60,547 bases of DNA from Candidatus Tayloriibacteriota bacterium (lineage in GTDB: Bacteria; Patescibacteriota; Minisyncoccia; Phycocordibacterales; UBA6065), in assembly GCA_016215405.1 (NCBI GenBank), contig JACRJQ010000002.1:125597-186143 (forward strand), read 5' to 3'. Position numbers and translations under genes: made by a program. The notes beneath the pieces were generated by a model. It did no database searches. It saw only the letters and a program-made list of their open reading frames with translations, and had not been told where the DNA came from. Shown piece after piece: positions 41,930 through 50,365 of the stretch (position 1 is its first letter; the number at the start of each line of letters is the position of its first letter).

Positions 41930-42646
41930 TCAGAATTGATTTATGAGCCTGAGGTCTCCCGAATAGAGGTGCCTGATATCGTCTATGCCGTATCGCAAAA
42001 GAACGAAACGGTCTACGCCGCCGCCGAACGCGAAGCCTTTCCAGACCTTCGGATCGAGGCCTGCGGACTTTATGACCTCTGGGTGTACGATGCCCGCTCC
42101 TAGCATCTCGAGCCACCTGTCTTTCCACCATACGTCGACCTCGACGCCCGGCTCGACGAAGCCGAAATAGCTGGAGCGGAACCTGATCCTCGCGTCGGGC
42201 CCGAGAAATTCCCCAAAGAACCTCTCGAGGGTGCCCTTGAGCTCGGCCATCGACACCTCCTTGTTCACATAGAGGCCCTCGATCTGATAGAACTGCGCCT
42301 CGTGTGTCGCGTCGGTCGCCTCGTTCCTATACACCTTCCCTGGAACGATTATCTTTACAGGTTTCGGATCTGCCTTCATAGCCTCCATGAATCTCACCTG
42401 CACGGGAGAAGTGTGGGTGCGCAGGACCCTCTTTTCCTCGCCTGGCTTCGTCTTTATCCAGAACGTATCCTGCATATCGCGAGCGGGATGGTCGGCAGGG
42501 ATATTGAGCGCGTCGAAATTATAGAATTCCGTCTCGAGCTCAGGGCCTTGCGCTACAGAGAACCCCATCTTGTCGAATATCGCCGACATCTCACGGATGA
42601 CGGACGTTACGGGGTGAAGGTGGCCTCTTTTATTCGCTTCTGACAT
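41930..42646 (-). CDS. pheS: phenylalanyl-tRNA synthetase alpha subunit (catalytic core only)
   Basis: GHLHP, NFDALNIPADHPARDMQDTF, LRTHTSPVQ, FYQIEG, FGFVEP, GFAFGGGVDR. Confidence 0.97.
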   Translation of the reverse strand: MSEANKRGHLHPVTSVIREMSAIFDKMGFSVAQGPELETEFYNFDALNIPADHPARDMQDTFWIKTKPGEEKRVLRTHTSPVQVRFMEAMKADPKPVKIIVPGKVYRNEATDATHEAQFYQIEGLYVNKEVSMAELKGTLERFFGEFLGPDARIRFRSSYFGFVEPGVEVDVWWKDRWLEMLGAGIVHPEVIKSAGLDPKVWKGFAFGGGVDRFVLLRYGIDDIRHLYSGDLRLINQF

Positions 42647-42718
42647 TAGGCTTAAAATATAGCAAAAAAGGCCGGTTTTATAAAGAAAAGCCGCCGGACA
42701 GAGTCCGGCGGCTTTTCT

Positions 42719-43456
42719 TTATTTCTTTGAAAATCCCTCGAATGCCTTGAGGAGCTCCATCGGGAGCGTGAATACCACGGTATTCGACTGGTCGGACGAG
42801 ATGTCGTTCATCGCCTGGAGGGTTCGTAGATGGAGGGCTCCCGGCGCCTCGGAGAGCGTCCTCGCGGCCTTCGCCATGTTCTGCGATGCGGCGAGCTCGC
42901 CTTCGGAGGTGATGATGACCGCCCTCTTCTCGCGCTCCGCCTCTGCCTGCTTAGCGATAGTCCTCTCCATATCTGGAGGCAAGGACACGTCTTTAAGCTC
43001 GACATTAGAGACCTTGAGCCCCCAGGCGTTCGATTCGGTCGCGATGACCTCCCTGATGCGGTTCGCGATCGCCTCGCGGCCGGAAAGAAGGTCGTCGAGC
43101 GTCGTCTCTCCGACGATATTCCTCATCGTAGTCTGAGCATACTGAGATATCGCGTGCATGAAATCCTCGACTTCCAAGATAGACTTCTCGGCCGATTCGA
43201 CCTTGTAATAGAGGACCGCGTTCACCTTGACCGATATGTTGTCTCGGGTGATCGCGTTCTGATCCGGGACGTCGACCGCTTTCACGCGCATGTCCACCTT
43301 GCGGTACGACTGGAATACGGGGACGACGACCCTCCAGCCCGGCTCCATTATCTTGGTGAAGCGGCCCATGGTGAATTTAAGGCCTCGCTCGTATTGATTC
43401 ACCTGCCTAAGGCTTATGAGGACGAGAACGACCACGGCTATGATGATGTATTGCAT
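42719..43456 (-). CDS. SPFH/band 7 (stomatin-like) membrane protein
   Basis: N-terminal TM, VDVPDQNAITRDNISVKVNAV, AQTTMRNIVG, AKQAEAEREKRA. Confidence 0.93.
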   Translation of the reverse strand: MQYIIIAVVVLVLISLRQVNQYERGLKFTMGRFTKIMEPGWRVVVPVFQSYRKVDMRVKAVDVPDQNAITRDNISVKVNAVLYYKVESAEKSILEVEDFMHAISQYAQTTMRNIVGETTLDDLLSGREAIANRIREVIATESNAWGLKVSNVELKDVSLPPDMERTIAKQAEAEREKRAVIITSEGELAASQNMAKAARTLSEAPGALHLRTLQAMNDISSDQSNTVVFTLPMELLKAFEGFSKK

Positions 43457-43554
43457 GTGATTTTCGCTAGTAACTTGTAAGTAAGTATAGCAAACGAAAG
43501 CCGGCGAACGAGATTAATACCGCCTCTAAGCTTTTTCTCCTAACACCCCGTCAG

Positions 43555-43685
43555 GTCCGCACCCCTTACGGGAACCGTCCGCTCATTGTCCGCCCAGGGC
43601 GGATCAATGAGTCTTGCGGTTCGGCCCCAAAAACCTCACCTCCTCGCGAAAGGCACTTGCGCCCCGCAGCGAAGAAAATGCGGAC
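43555..43685. repeat. GTCCGCA...TGCGGAC-bounded structured element, copy 2
   Basis: Terminal inverted repeat plus nested hairpins (CTCATTG/CAATGAG, TCCGCCC/GGGCGGA, AACCG/CGGTT); right end homologous to the 12127 element. Confidence 0.55.
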
Positions 43686-43722
43686 TGGCTAATATAGAAG
43701 ACTTGGCCAGAAAGATAATCTG

Positions 43723-43795
43723 AGCCACCTCCCAGGCTTGAACTGGGGACCTACTGTTTACAAAACAGTTGCTCTACCAACTGAGCTAAGGTGGC
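43723..43795 (-). tRNA. tRNA-Thr(TGT)
   Basis: GCCACCTTAGCTCAGTTGGTAGAGCAACTGTTTTGTAAACAGTAGGTCCCCAGTTCAAGCCTGGGAGGTGGCT; CCA not encoded. Confidence 0.96.
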
Positions 43796-43867
43796 GGATT
43801 CGACAGATAACTTATATCAGATAACAGGCAGGGAGACAAAGAAAAAAGACCGGTCTACCGGTCTCTC

Positions 43868-44260
43868 TTAGAGGCCCTCTGTGATTTGCTTCTCTCCTTT
43901 CCCTTCTTTGATCTTCTTGAGATAGAAAGAAGCAGCGCCTGATCGGGACAGGTCCTCGGTCTTCTTCGACGCCTTCTCTACGATACGATTCAAGAGGTCG
44001 TGTGCCTCGCGAAAGCCCTTTATGAAAAGCCTCACCACGAAGACGAATCCGCGGTTGGCGATGAGCACCGCGTTCTTAAGCGTGATCCTCGATATCATCT
44101 GCGAGGCAGAGCCCTTTATGGACGAGAGCATCGGGTCCGCTTTGGCAGAGAGGTCGCGCAGAGGCGTCTTGAGGCCCCTCGACCTCTCGAGATAGCCAGA
44201 AGCGAGCATGCCCGCCATGCCCGCGCCCGAAACTATCATGAGCCAGAGCTCGAGGGTCAT
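43868..44260 (-). CDS. hypothetical membrane-anchored protein
   Basis: N-terminal hydrophobic helix; co-oriented right after tsf. Confidence 0.65.
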   Translation of the reverse strand: MTLELWLMIVSGAGMAGMLASGYLERSRGLKTPLRDLSAKADPMLSSIKGSASQMISRITLKNAVLIANRGFVFVVRLFIKGFREAHDLLNRIVEKASKKTEDLSRSGAASFYLKKIKEGKGEKQITEGL

Positions 44261-44271
44261 ATGTCGCGAGA

Positions 44272-44850
44272 TTATGCGCCGTAGCGGGTGAAGCGTACGA
44301 TCTCTATCTTCTCTCCGAATTTCTGGACGGCCGCGCTCACGAGACCGGCGATAGTGACCTCAGGATTCTTTATGAAAGGCTGCTCCATGAGGACACGCTC
44401 GGAGAAATACGCCTTGAGCTTCCCTTCGAGGATCTTCGCCTTCATCTCCTCCGGCTTACCCTCTACCTCCGCTGCGAAAACGGACTCGGCGGTCTTCTTG
44501 TCTGACTCGGTGATGCTCTCCATCTTCACGAACTCAGGCTTCGTCGCGGCGATGTGCATAGCGATATCTCGCGCGAGCTCCTTGAACTCAGGGTTCTTTG
44601 CTACGAAATCAGTCTCGCACGCGAGCTCGACCATGACTCCCACCACTCCTGTCGAGTGGATATAGGCCGCTATCTGGGTAGCGTTGAGGGTCCTGTCCCC
44701 CTTCTTGGCGGCCGCCTCGGCGCCCTTCTTCTTGAGGATGACGAGAGCCTTGTCCTTGTCGCCTCCGGCCTCTTCGAGGGCCTTCTTGCACTGCATTACT
44801 GATACGCCGGTAGCGTCTCGGAGCTCTTTGATGAGATCGGTGGTGACCAT
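44272..44850 (-). CDS. tsf: elongation factor Ts (short form)
   Basis: IKELRDATGVSVMQCKKAL, ELACETDFVAKN, QPFIKN, IVRFTRY. Confidence 0.97.
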   Translation of the reverse strand: MVTTDLIKELRDATGVSVMQCKKALEEAGGDKDKALVILKKKGAEAAAKKGDRTLNATQIAAYIHSTGVVGVMVELACETDFVAKNPEFKELARDIAMHIAATKPEFVKMESITESDKKTAESVFAAEVEGKPEEMKAKILEGKLKAYFSERVLMEQPFIKNPEVTIAGLVSAAVQKFGEKIEIVRFTRYGA

Positions 44851-44911
44851 AATATGACTTTATTCTATTAAGACGGCAAAAGCCGCGATATGCGGCTATT
44901 CTATCACGAAA

Positions 44912-45628
44912 CTACTTCTTCGCCTCAGGCTTCGCGACCTTGCCTTCGGCATAGGCGCGCGCCAATTCGTCGAGGAAGAACGTCGCGGAAGCCGCGGAAG
45001 AATCGTTGGCAGGGATAGCGAAATTCACGAGAGACAGGTCGCAGTCGGACGAGGCGATAGCCACTACAGGGACGCCGGTCTGGCGAGCCTCCTCTACGGC
45101 GATGAACTCCTTCTTAGGGTCTACGACGATGAGAACGCCCGGCTTCTCGCGCATCGATACGACGCCGCCGAACATGAGCTCGAGCTTTGCGATCTCTCGG
45201 TCGATGAGGAGCCTCTCCTTCTTGGTGTATTTCGCGAGGTCTCCCTTCTCCTTCTCCTTGAGGCGGTTCTCGTACTTCTCTATGCGCTTTCGGATCTGGA
45301 CGAAGTTCGTAAGGGTGCCGCCGATCCATCGTCCGGCGACCATTGGCTGGCCTGCCTTGTTCGCGGCAGCCTTTACCGCTTCGATGACCTCGCTCTTGCC
45401 TCCGACGAAGAGAGCTTGCTTGCCGGATGCGGCGACCGAGGCAACGAACGCCTTGGCCTTCTCGAGCTCCTCATGCGTCTTTTCGAGGTCGAAGATCTCG
45501 ATGTTGTTCTTTACGCCGAATACGAAGCCTTTGGTGGAAGGGTGTCGGCGCGACTTCAGGAGGCCGAAATGGGCCCCTACCTTGAACATCGCCTCTATGA
45601 TGGAATCCTTGTTTTTTGCGGTTGGCAT
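44912..45628 (-). CDS. rpsB: 30S ribosomal protein S2
   Basis: GAHFG, IFDLEKT, RWIGGTLTNF, AIPANDDS. Confidence 0.97.
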   Translation of the reverse strand: MPTAKNKDSIIEAMFKVGAHFGLLKSRRHPSTKGFVFGVKNNIEIFDLEKTHEELEKAKAFVASVAASGKQALFVGGKSEVIEAVKAAANKAGQPMVAGRWIGGTLTNFVQIRKRIEKYENRLKEKEKGDLAKYTKKERLLIDREIAKLELMFGGVVSMREKPGVLIVVDPKKEFIAVEEARQTGVPVVAIASSDCDLSLVNFAIPANDSSAASATFFLDELARAYAEGKVAKPEAKK

Positions 45629-45706
45629 TGTGCTTTTAATCCCTGTGGGGTGTTTTTAAAACGTTTCGAAAGTCTAACAGATAGGCCGTCAAAAGGCAAG
45701 AATGGC

Positions 45707-46690
45707 CTATTCGTCGTCGTCCGCGCCTCCTTCGGCCACCTCTCCCTTCCAGTTCGCCAAAGTATCGATGATATCGCCTATCTTCTCGCCTGAAAGGATA
45801 GTCTCTATATTGTGCCAATTCTCGCGGATCCTGTGGTCCGTGATGCGGTCTTGGGGGAAATTATAGGTGCGTATCTTCTCGGAGCGGTTTCCAGTGCCGA
45901 GCTGCCCCTTCTTGTTCGCGGCGAACTTCGCGGCCTCTTCGCTGTCCTTCTTCTCCTGGAGCATCGCGGTGAGCATCATCATCGCCTTCTCGCGGTTCTT
46001 CAGCTGGCTGCGCTCTGCCGTGACGCGGACAGCGAGGCCCGTCGGCTTGTGGAAAAGGCGCACGGCGGTCTCGACCTTGTTGACGTTCTGCCCCCCCTTG
46101 CCGCCCGCGCGCGAGAATTCGAGCTCGATATCGGCTGGATTTATCTCGACGTTGGTATGCTTTCGTATAGGCAGTATGGCGATAGAGACGGTCGAGGTAT
46201 GGACGCGACCCATTTTCTCGGTCGCGGGCACGCGCTGTACGCGGTGGACGCCCGTTTCATAGCGGAGCTTCTTGTACACCTCGCGGCCGTGGATCTCCAT
46301 GGACACTTCCTTATATCCCCCGACGTCCGCTTTAGACTCATCGAGGTACGATACCTGCCAGCCCTGGCTCTGAGCATACATTCGATACATGGTGGCGAGC
46401 TCCTCCGCGAAAAGAGCCGCCTCGTCGCCTCCCGCTCCGGCACGGATCTCCATGATGAGCTCGTTCGGGAACTCCTCCTCTGCTTTATCGGCAGCCTCTA
46501 TCGCCTCGACCTGCTTCTCGATGTCTTTCTTCTGGGCGGCGATATTCTCGAGGTCCGCCTGACCGAGCTCGGCCATCGATGCGTCGGATTGCATGAGCGC
46601 CTTCAAATCAGACTCTTCTTTCTCGAGCTTCTCATACATCTCCGCGAGGTAAGATGTCTTGTGATTCTTCTTGTATTTCGCTATATCCAT
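45707..46690 (-). CDS. prfA: peptide chain release factor 1
   Basis: GGQ motif, RF1-specific PAT in [28 protein letters not shown]. Confidence 0.96.
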   Translation of the reverse strand: MDIAKYKKNHKTSYLAEMYEKLEKEESDLKALMQSDASMAELGQADLENIAAQKKDIEKQVEAIEAADKAEEEFPNELIMEIRAGAGGDEAALFAEELATMYRMYAQSQGWQVSYLDESKADVGGYKEVSMEIHGREVYKKLRYETGVHRVQRVPATEKMGRVHTSTVSIAILPIRKHTNVEINPADIELEFSRAGGKGGQNVNKVETAVRLFHKPTGLAVRVTAERSQLKNREKAMMMLTAMLQEKKDSEEAAKFAANKKGQLGTGNRSEKIRTYNFPQDRITDHRIRENWHNIETILSGEKIGDIIDTLANWKGEVAEGGADDDE

Positions 46691-46769
46691 TGGTTCTAGA
46701 GTATCGCCTTTGCCTCAAAGAGAAAAGCATAGCCCGGACGGACTATGCTTTCCCTTTAGACCACCTTCG

Positions 46770-47024
46770 CTACGCCTTCTTCTTCGCCTGGCGAGCCTTG
46801 AACTTCTCGACACGGCCTGCGGTGTCGATGACGGTCTCGTTGCCCGTATAGAACGGATGCGAAGCCGACGAGATCTCGATCTGATAGAGAGGGTATTCCT
46901 TTCCGTCCTCCCACTTGTCGGTCTCCTTGGTCGCGACGGTCGAATTTATGAGGAATCGAGCCTTCGACGAGTTGTCGCGGAAGATTACCAAGCGGTAGTT
47001 CTTTGGGTGAAGTTCCTTTTTCAT
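46770..47024 (-). CDS. rpmE2: 50S ribosomal protein L31 type B (zinc-free)
   Basis: MKKELHP...VIFRD...[12 protein letters not shown]...GRVEKF. Confidence 0.95.
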   Translation of the reverse strand: MKKELHPKNYRLVIFRDNSSKARFLINSTVATKETDKWEDGKEYPLYQIEISSASHPFYTGNETVIDTAGRVEKFKARQAKKKA

Positions 47025-47063
47025 GAGATTGACACTATATCCGAAAGGGCTTAAAAATGCAAC

Positions 47064-47858
47064 CTAGTAGCCGTTCGCCAGCTTTTCGAACCTCGGCTTC
47101 TCCTGAGCGTAGATCTCCTCGATATCGCTCGCGACGAGCGTCTTGCCGAATATATGGACGCTGTCCATCCGGCCTTGCCACCTCTCGCCGTCCCCGGCGC
47201 TATGGGCCCCGATGCGCAGAAAATCCCAATCCATGGCGTCCGCGCAGACTCCGCCGGTGCCCACCTGGACGCCGTTTAGATAGTACTTGAATCCGATCGA
47301 AGAATCGTAGGTCGCGGCGACATGGACCCACTGATTCGAAGGGAAGGAGTTAGACGCGGTCGACCCGCACGGCCAGAAGCCCAAGGAGTTGTTGGGATAG
47401 ATATAGAGCGCGTCGTCGGAGGCGACGTTCGTCTGGACGATCGCCCTATAGCCGCTGTTTGCCTTCGTGTCATAGACCCACGCGCTCATAGTCCACGCCG
47501 ACTGGTCGCGCGCCGTATACGATGTGTCCACGAAATCGTCCACTCCGTCGAAGAGCGCGGCGCAGCCGGACCCGAACGGGACGGCCGCAGACCACATAGA
47601 CGCATTCGAAAGCGTTCCCGTATAGCCGTTATTCGACCTGTCTGCGACCGAAGTCCCGGCACATTCGTCGAAATCCCAATACGCTATCGCGAGCTCGCCT
47701 GCGACCCTGTCGGCCTGCGCTGCGAAAGACCTCGCCGATCCCTGACGCGCCTTGTCGCGCGCCGAATTGAGGCTCGCGAGGACTATCGACGACAAAAGAG
47801 AGATTATCGATACGACGACGAGGAGCTCTATGAGGGTGAAAGCGCTTTTTCTCTTCAT
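47064..47858 (-). CDS. pilin-like protein with LamG/ConA-like domain, #10
   Basis: MKRKSA|FTLIE; WDFDECAG...WTMSAWVY...WVHVAATYD...YYLNG...WQGRMDSVHIF. Confidence 0.92.
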   Translation of the reverse strand: MKRKSAFTLIELLVVVSIISLLSSIVLASLNSARDKARQGSARSFAAQADRVAGELAIAYWDFDECAGTSVADRSNNGYTGTLSNASMWSAAVPFGSGCAALFDGVDDFVDTSYTARDQSAWTMSAWVYDTKANSGYRAIVQTNVASDDALYIYPNNSLGFWPCGSTASNSFPSNQWVHVAATYDSSIGFKYYLNGVQVGTGGVCADAMDWDFLRIGAHSAGDGERWQGRMDSVHIFGKTLVASDIEEIYAQEKPRFEKLANGY

Positions 47859-47874
47859 CGTTAATATGTCCCCA

Positions 47875-49278
47875 TTACCTTCCCAAGATAGGGTCGATCA
47901 TTTCCTCTTGGACCTTCGTCACCCACTTCATGACGCTGGTTCCGTAGGTATTGCCCGCCGTAGACGACGCGCACTTCCTTCCGGAATAGTATTGGCAGGC
48001 CGCGTTCTTCTCGGCCGAATAGGTCTGAAGGCCCGCTCCGAGATCGCCGAGATAGTACGAAGCGGCCATTATGGCGTGCTCCGGATTCCAGGGATTGGTC
48101 TCTTCGACTGAGATGCCGAGACCCTTCGCTATCCTCTTCTGATAGAGCTGCCACGTCGAGGGTATGAACTGCGCAGGGCCCATCGCCCCTCCCCAGCCGA
48201 ACGGCTTGCCTCCGCTGTATGCCGTTATCCAGCAAGAGACGCGGGTGTTGGTCCAGTCGAAGCCGAGATTTCCTACGATGTCCATGAATACAGGGAGGTC
48301 TCTGGTCGGGTTCATGACGCGGATCCTCGCCGCTCCCGTCGAGGCGCTCACTCCCTCGCCCGTGGAGCGATCGCGGACGAAGCATTGGCCCACGTTCTTG
48401 CCGAAGCTCGAGTCGGAAGAATCGTAGCTCGACTCCTGCATGAGGATCCCCAGGACGAACGCCGGGCGGACGCCGGTGACCTTGCCGGCCTTCACCGCGT
48501 AGTCGTAGGCGTTGCCGAAAGGTATCCCTTCGCCATCCTGGAATTTGAAGAGGCGGGCCCTGATCTGAGCCACTTTCTGCTTTTGGTCCGTGAGGATCTT
48601 CTGCGCGACGTTATACTCGCTCGTCTTGAGGGCGAGTATGGCGTTCTTCTCGGTCTTCTTGCGCTCGATAAGCCGTTTCTCCGCTTCGATAGCCTGCTTC
48701 GCGTCGAATTCCCTGTCTTTGCGGTCTTCGAGCTCTTCCTTCTCTGATTGAACCTCGTCCTTCTGGCTCCTTACCTCGTCGAGGAGCGCGGTGAGCTCTT
48801 TGTTGAGGGAGACGTATTGGTCGGCTTGAGTGTAGAAATCCGAGAACGTGCCGCCGCTAAGCATTATCTCAGGGAGCGAGACGGAGTCCTTCACGTTCAC
48901 CTTCTGTATGACGCTGCGTATCGAGCCCGTATTCCTGTCTATCTTGCCTTCGAGAGCCGAGACCACCTTGGTCTTCGCCCCGATGTCGCTTGAGAGCCTA
49001 TTGATGATGGTGTTCTGGAGCTTTATCTTCTGCTCGGCGACCCGTATCTCGGCGTTTATCTTATCGATAGCCGCCTGCGCTTCGTCCTTCTCGCTCTTCT
49101 TCGCCTGGCTGTCGGCGACGGAGCGCGCATAGTCCTCGCATTGTCTTTTCGCCTCCTGGTCCGCCTGAGCCTGAGCGCTCGAACAGAAGGCGGCGATAGG
49201 GTCCGTCGCGGCGAAAGAGGGCGACGGGAAAAGCAGATACCCGAGGATGAGAGCGGAGATGATGGCGTTTCGATGCAT
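47875..49278 (-). CDS. secreted coiled-coil protein with C-terminal lytic transglycosylase (lysozyme-like) domain
   Basis: Signal peptide, long PcsB/CwlO-like coiled coil, GILMQES catalytic Glu, GAMGPAQFIPSTW; start at 49278 preferred because the ATG at 49290 overlaps the -10 box. Confidence 0.85.
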   Translation of the reverse strand: MHRNAIISALILGYLLFPSPSFAATDPIAAFCSSAQAQADQEAKRQCEDYARSVADSQAKKSEKDEAQAAIDKINAEIRVAEQKIKLQNTIINRLSSDIGAKTKVVSALEGKIDRNTGSIRSVIQKVNVKDSVSLPEIMLSGGTFSDFYTQADQYVSLNKELTALLDEVRSQKDEVQSEKEELEDRKDREFDAKQAIEAEKRLIERKKTEKNAILALKTSEYNVAQKILTDQKQKVAQIRARLFKFQDGEGIPFGNAYDYAVKAGKVTGVRPAFVLGILMQESSYDSSDSSFGKNVGQCFVRDRSTGEGVSASTGAARIRVMNPTRDLPVFMDIVGNLGFDWTNTRVSCWITAYSGGKPFGWGGAMGPAQFIPSTWQLYQKRIAKGLGISVEETNPWNPEHAIMAASYYLGDLGAGLQTYSAEKNAACQYYSGRKCASSTAGNTYGTSVMKWVTKVQEEMIDPILGR

Positions 49279-49324
49279 GGAGGCATCCATTATAGCAAAA
49301 ACCGGCCTTCGCCGGTTATTTGCC

Positions 49325-49999
49325 TTATTTCTTGGCTTCTTTCGCTGGAGCCTCTCCTTCTGCGCCCGCTTCGCCCTCCTTCGCTTCCTTACCCTTCTTC
49401 TCGACTTCGATAGCCGAGAGGTCGATAGGAGCTGTCGGCTCTTCCTCTTCCGCCTTTGGCTCTGCGACCGACGCGACGATATCGTCGCCCTTCGTCGCGA
49501 GCTCTACTCCGTGAGGGAGCTTGATCTCGGACGCTTTGATCGAAGACTTGAAATCGACGAGAGTTGAGATGTCGACTTCGATCTTGTGAGGAAGGTCCTT
49601 AGGAAGCGCTTCGACCTCGATCTCGTGAAGCACCTTGATGAGGGTTCCTCCGAGCTCTTTGATCGCTGGCGCCACGCCTGCGAATTCGAGAGGGACGTCG
49701 ACTTTGATCTTCTTGCCCTTCTCGAAGACGTAGAAATCGGCGTGAAGGGGCTTGCCGGTGACCGGGTGAAGCACCATCTCATGGATGAGCGACTCGACAT
49801 CGACTCCTTCGCCCTGGAGGATGACCACGGTAGATTCGCCGGCGGACTTGTACGCCTTCACGAAGTCGTTATAGACGACAGAGATAGGGGTCGAAGCCTC
49901 CTTCTTGCCGTAATAGACCGCAGGGATCTTTCCCGCCTTGCGGATCGCGTCGACGTCGGCGTTGACGTCTCTTTTCTCTACTTTGAGGGTGATTGCCAT
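49325..49999 (-). CDS. rplY: 50S ribosomal protein L25/Ctc
   Basis: GKIPAVYYG, HPVTGKPLHADFY, VPLEFAGVAPA, LPKDLPHKIEVDIS. Confidence 0.96.
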   Translation of the reverse strand: MAITLKVEKRDVNADVDAIRKAGKIPAVYYGKKEASTPISVVYNDFVKAYKSAGESTVVILQGEGVDVESLIHEMVLHPVTGKPLHADFYVFEKGKKIKVDVPLEFAGVAPAIKELGGTLIKVLHEIEVEALPKDLPHKIEVDISTLVDFKSSIKASEIKLPHGVELATKGDDIVASVAEPKAEEEEPTAPIDLSAIEVEKKGKEAKEGEAGAEGEAPAKEAKK

Positions 50000-50063
50000 C
50001 CCGGTTAAGGTTAATTTTTAGCTAGGTAATCCCGCGTTCTTTCGCAGGACACATAGGTTTCCA

Positions 50064-50091
50064 AGTATATACAAAAGGCGGTAAAAGTCAA
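50064..50091 (-). promoter_or_regulatory. probable rplY promoter
   Basis: Minus strand TTGACT-16 nt-TATACT. Confidence 0.6.
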
Positions 50092-50127
50092 AACGATTAG
50101 GAAAAAGCGCCCTTTCGGGCGTTTTTC

Positions 50128-50310
50128 CTAGCTGAGAAAGAAGAAAAGGGAGAGGGCGAAGAAGACGACCGCGGCTATTATCTGGAGCTTGTTGGCGCCT
50201 TCTTCGTTCTTCGCGAGGCCCTTTTTCATGAGCCATGCGGCGAGCTTCGGCGTCGCCGATCCGCCGAAATTCCTCGGGGCGAATTTATTCTCTTCGAATT
50301 CTACTGGCAT
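50128..50310 (-). CDS. small single-TM hypothetical protein (60 aa)
   Basis: C-terminal hydrophobic helix; hairpin downstream. Confidence 0.65.
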   Translation of the reverse strand: MPVEFEENKFAPRNFGGSATPKLAAWLMKKGLAKNEEGANKLQIIAAVVFFALSLFFFLS

Positions 50311-50365
50311 GGTTTTATGGCTAGATTAAAAGACAGGACCGACATAACCTGCTTTCGCGATTATA

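Noticed and set aside
45707-46690. Release factor as prfB with programmed frameshift
   Set aside because: Continuous ORF with the RF1-specific PAT motif; no CTTTGA frameshift site.
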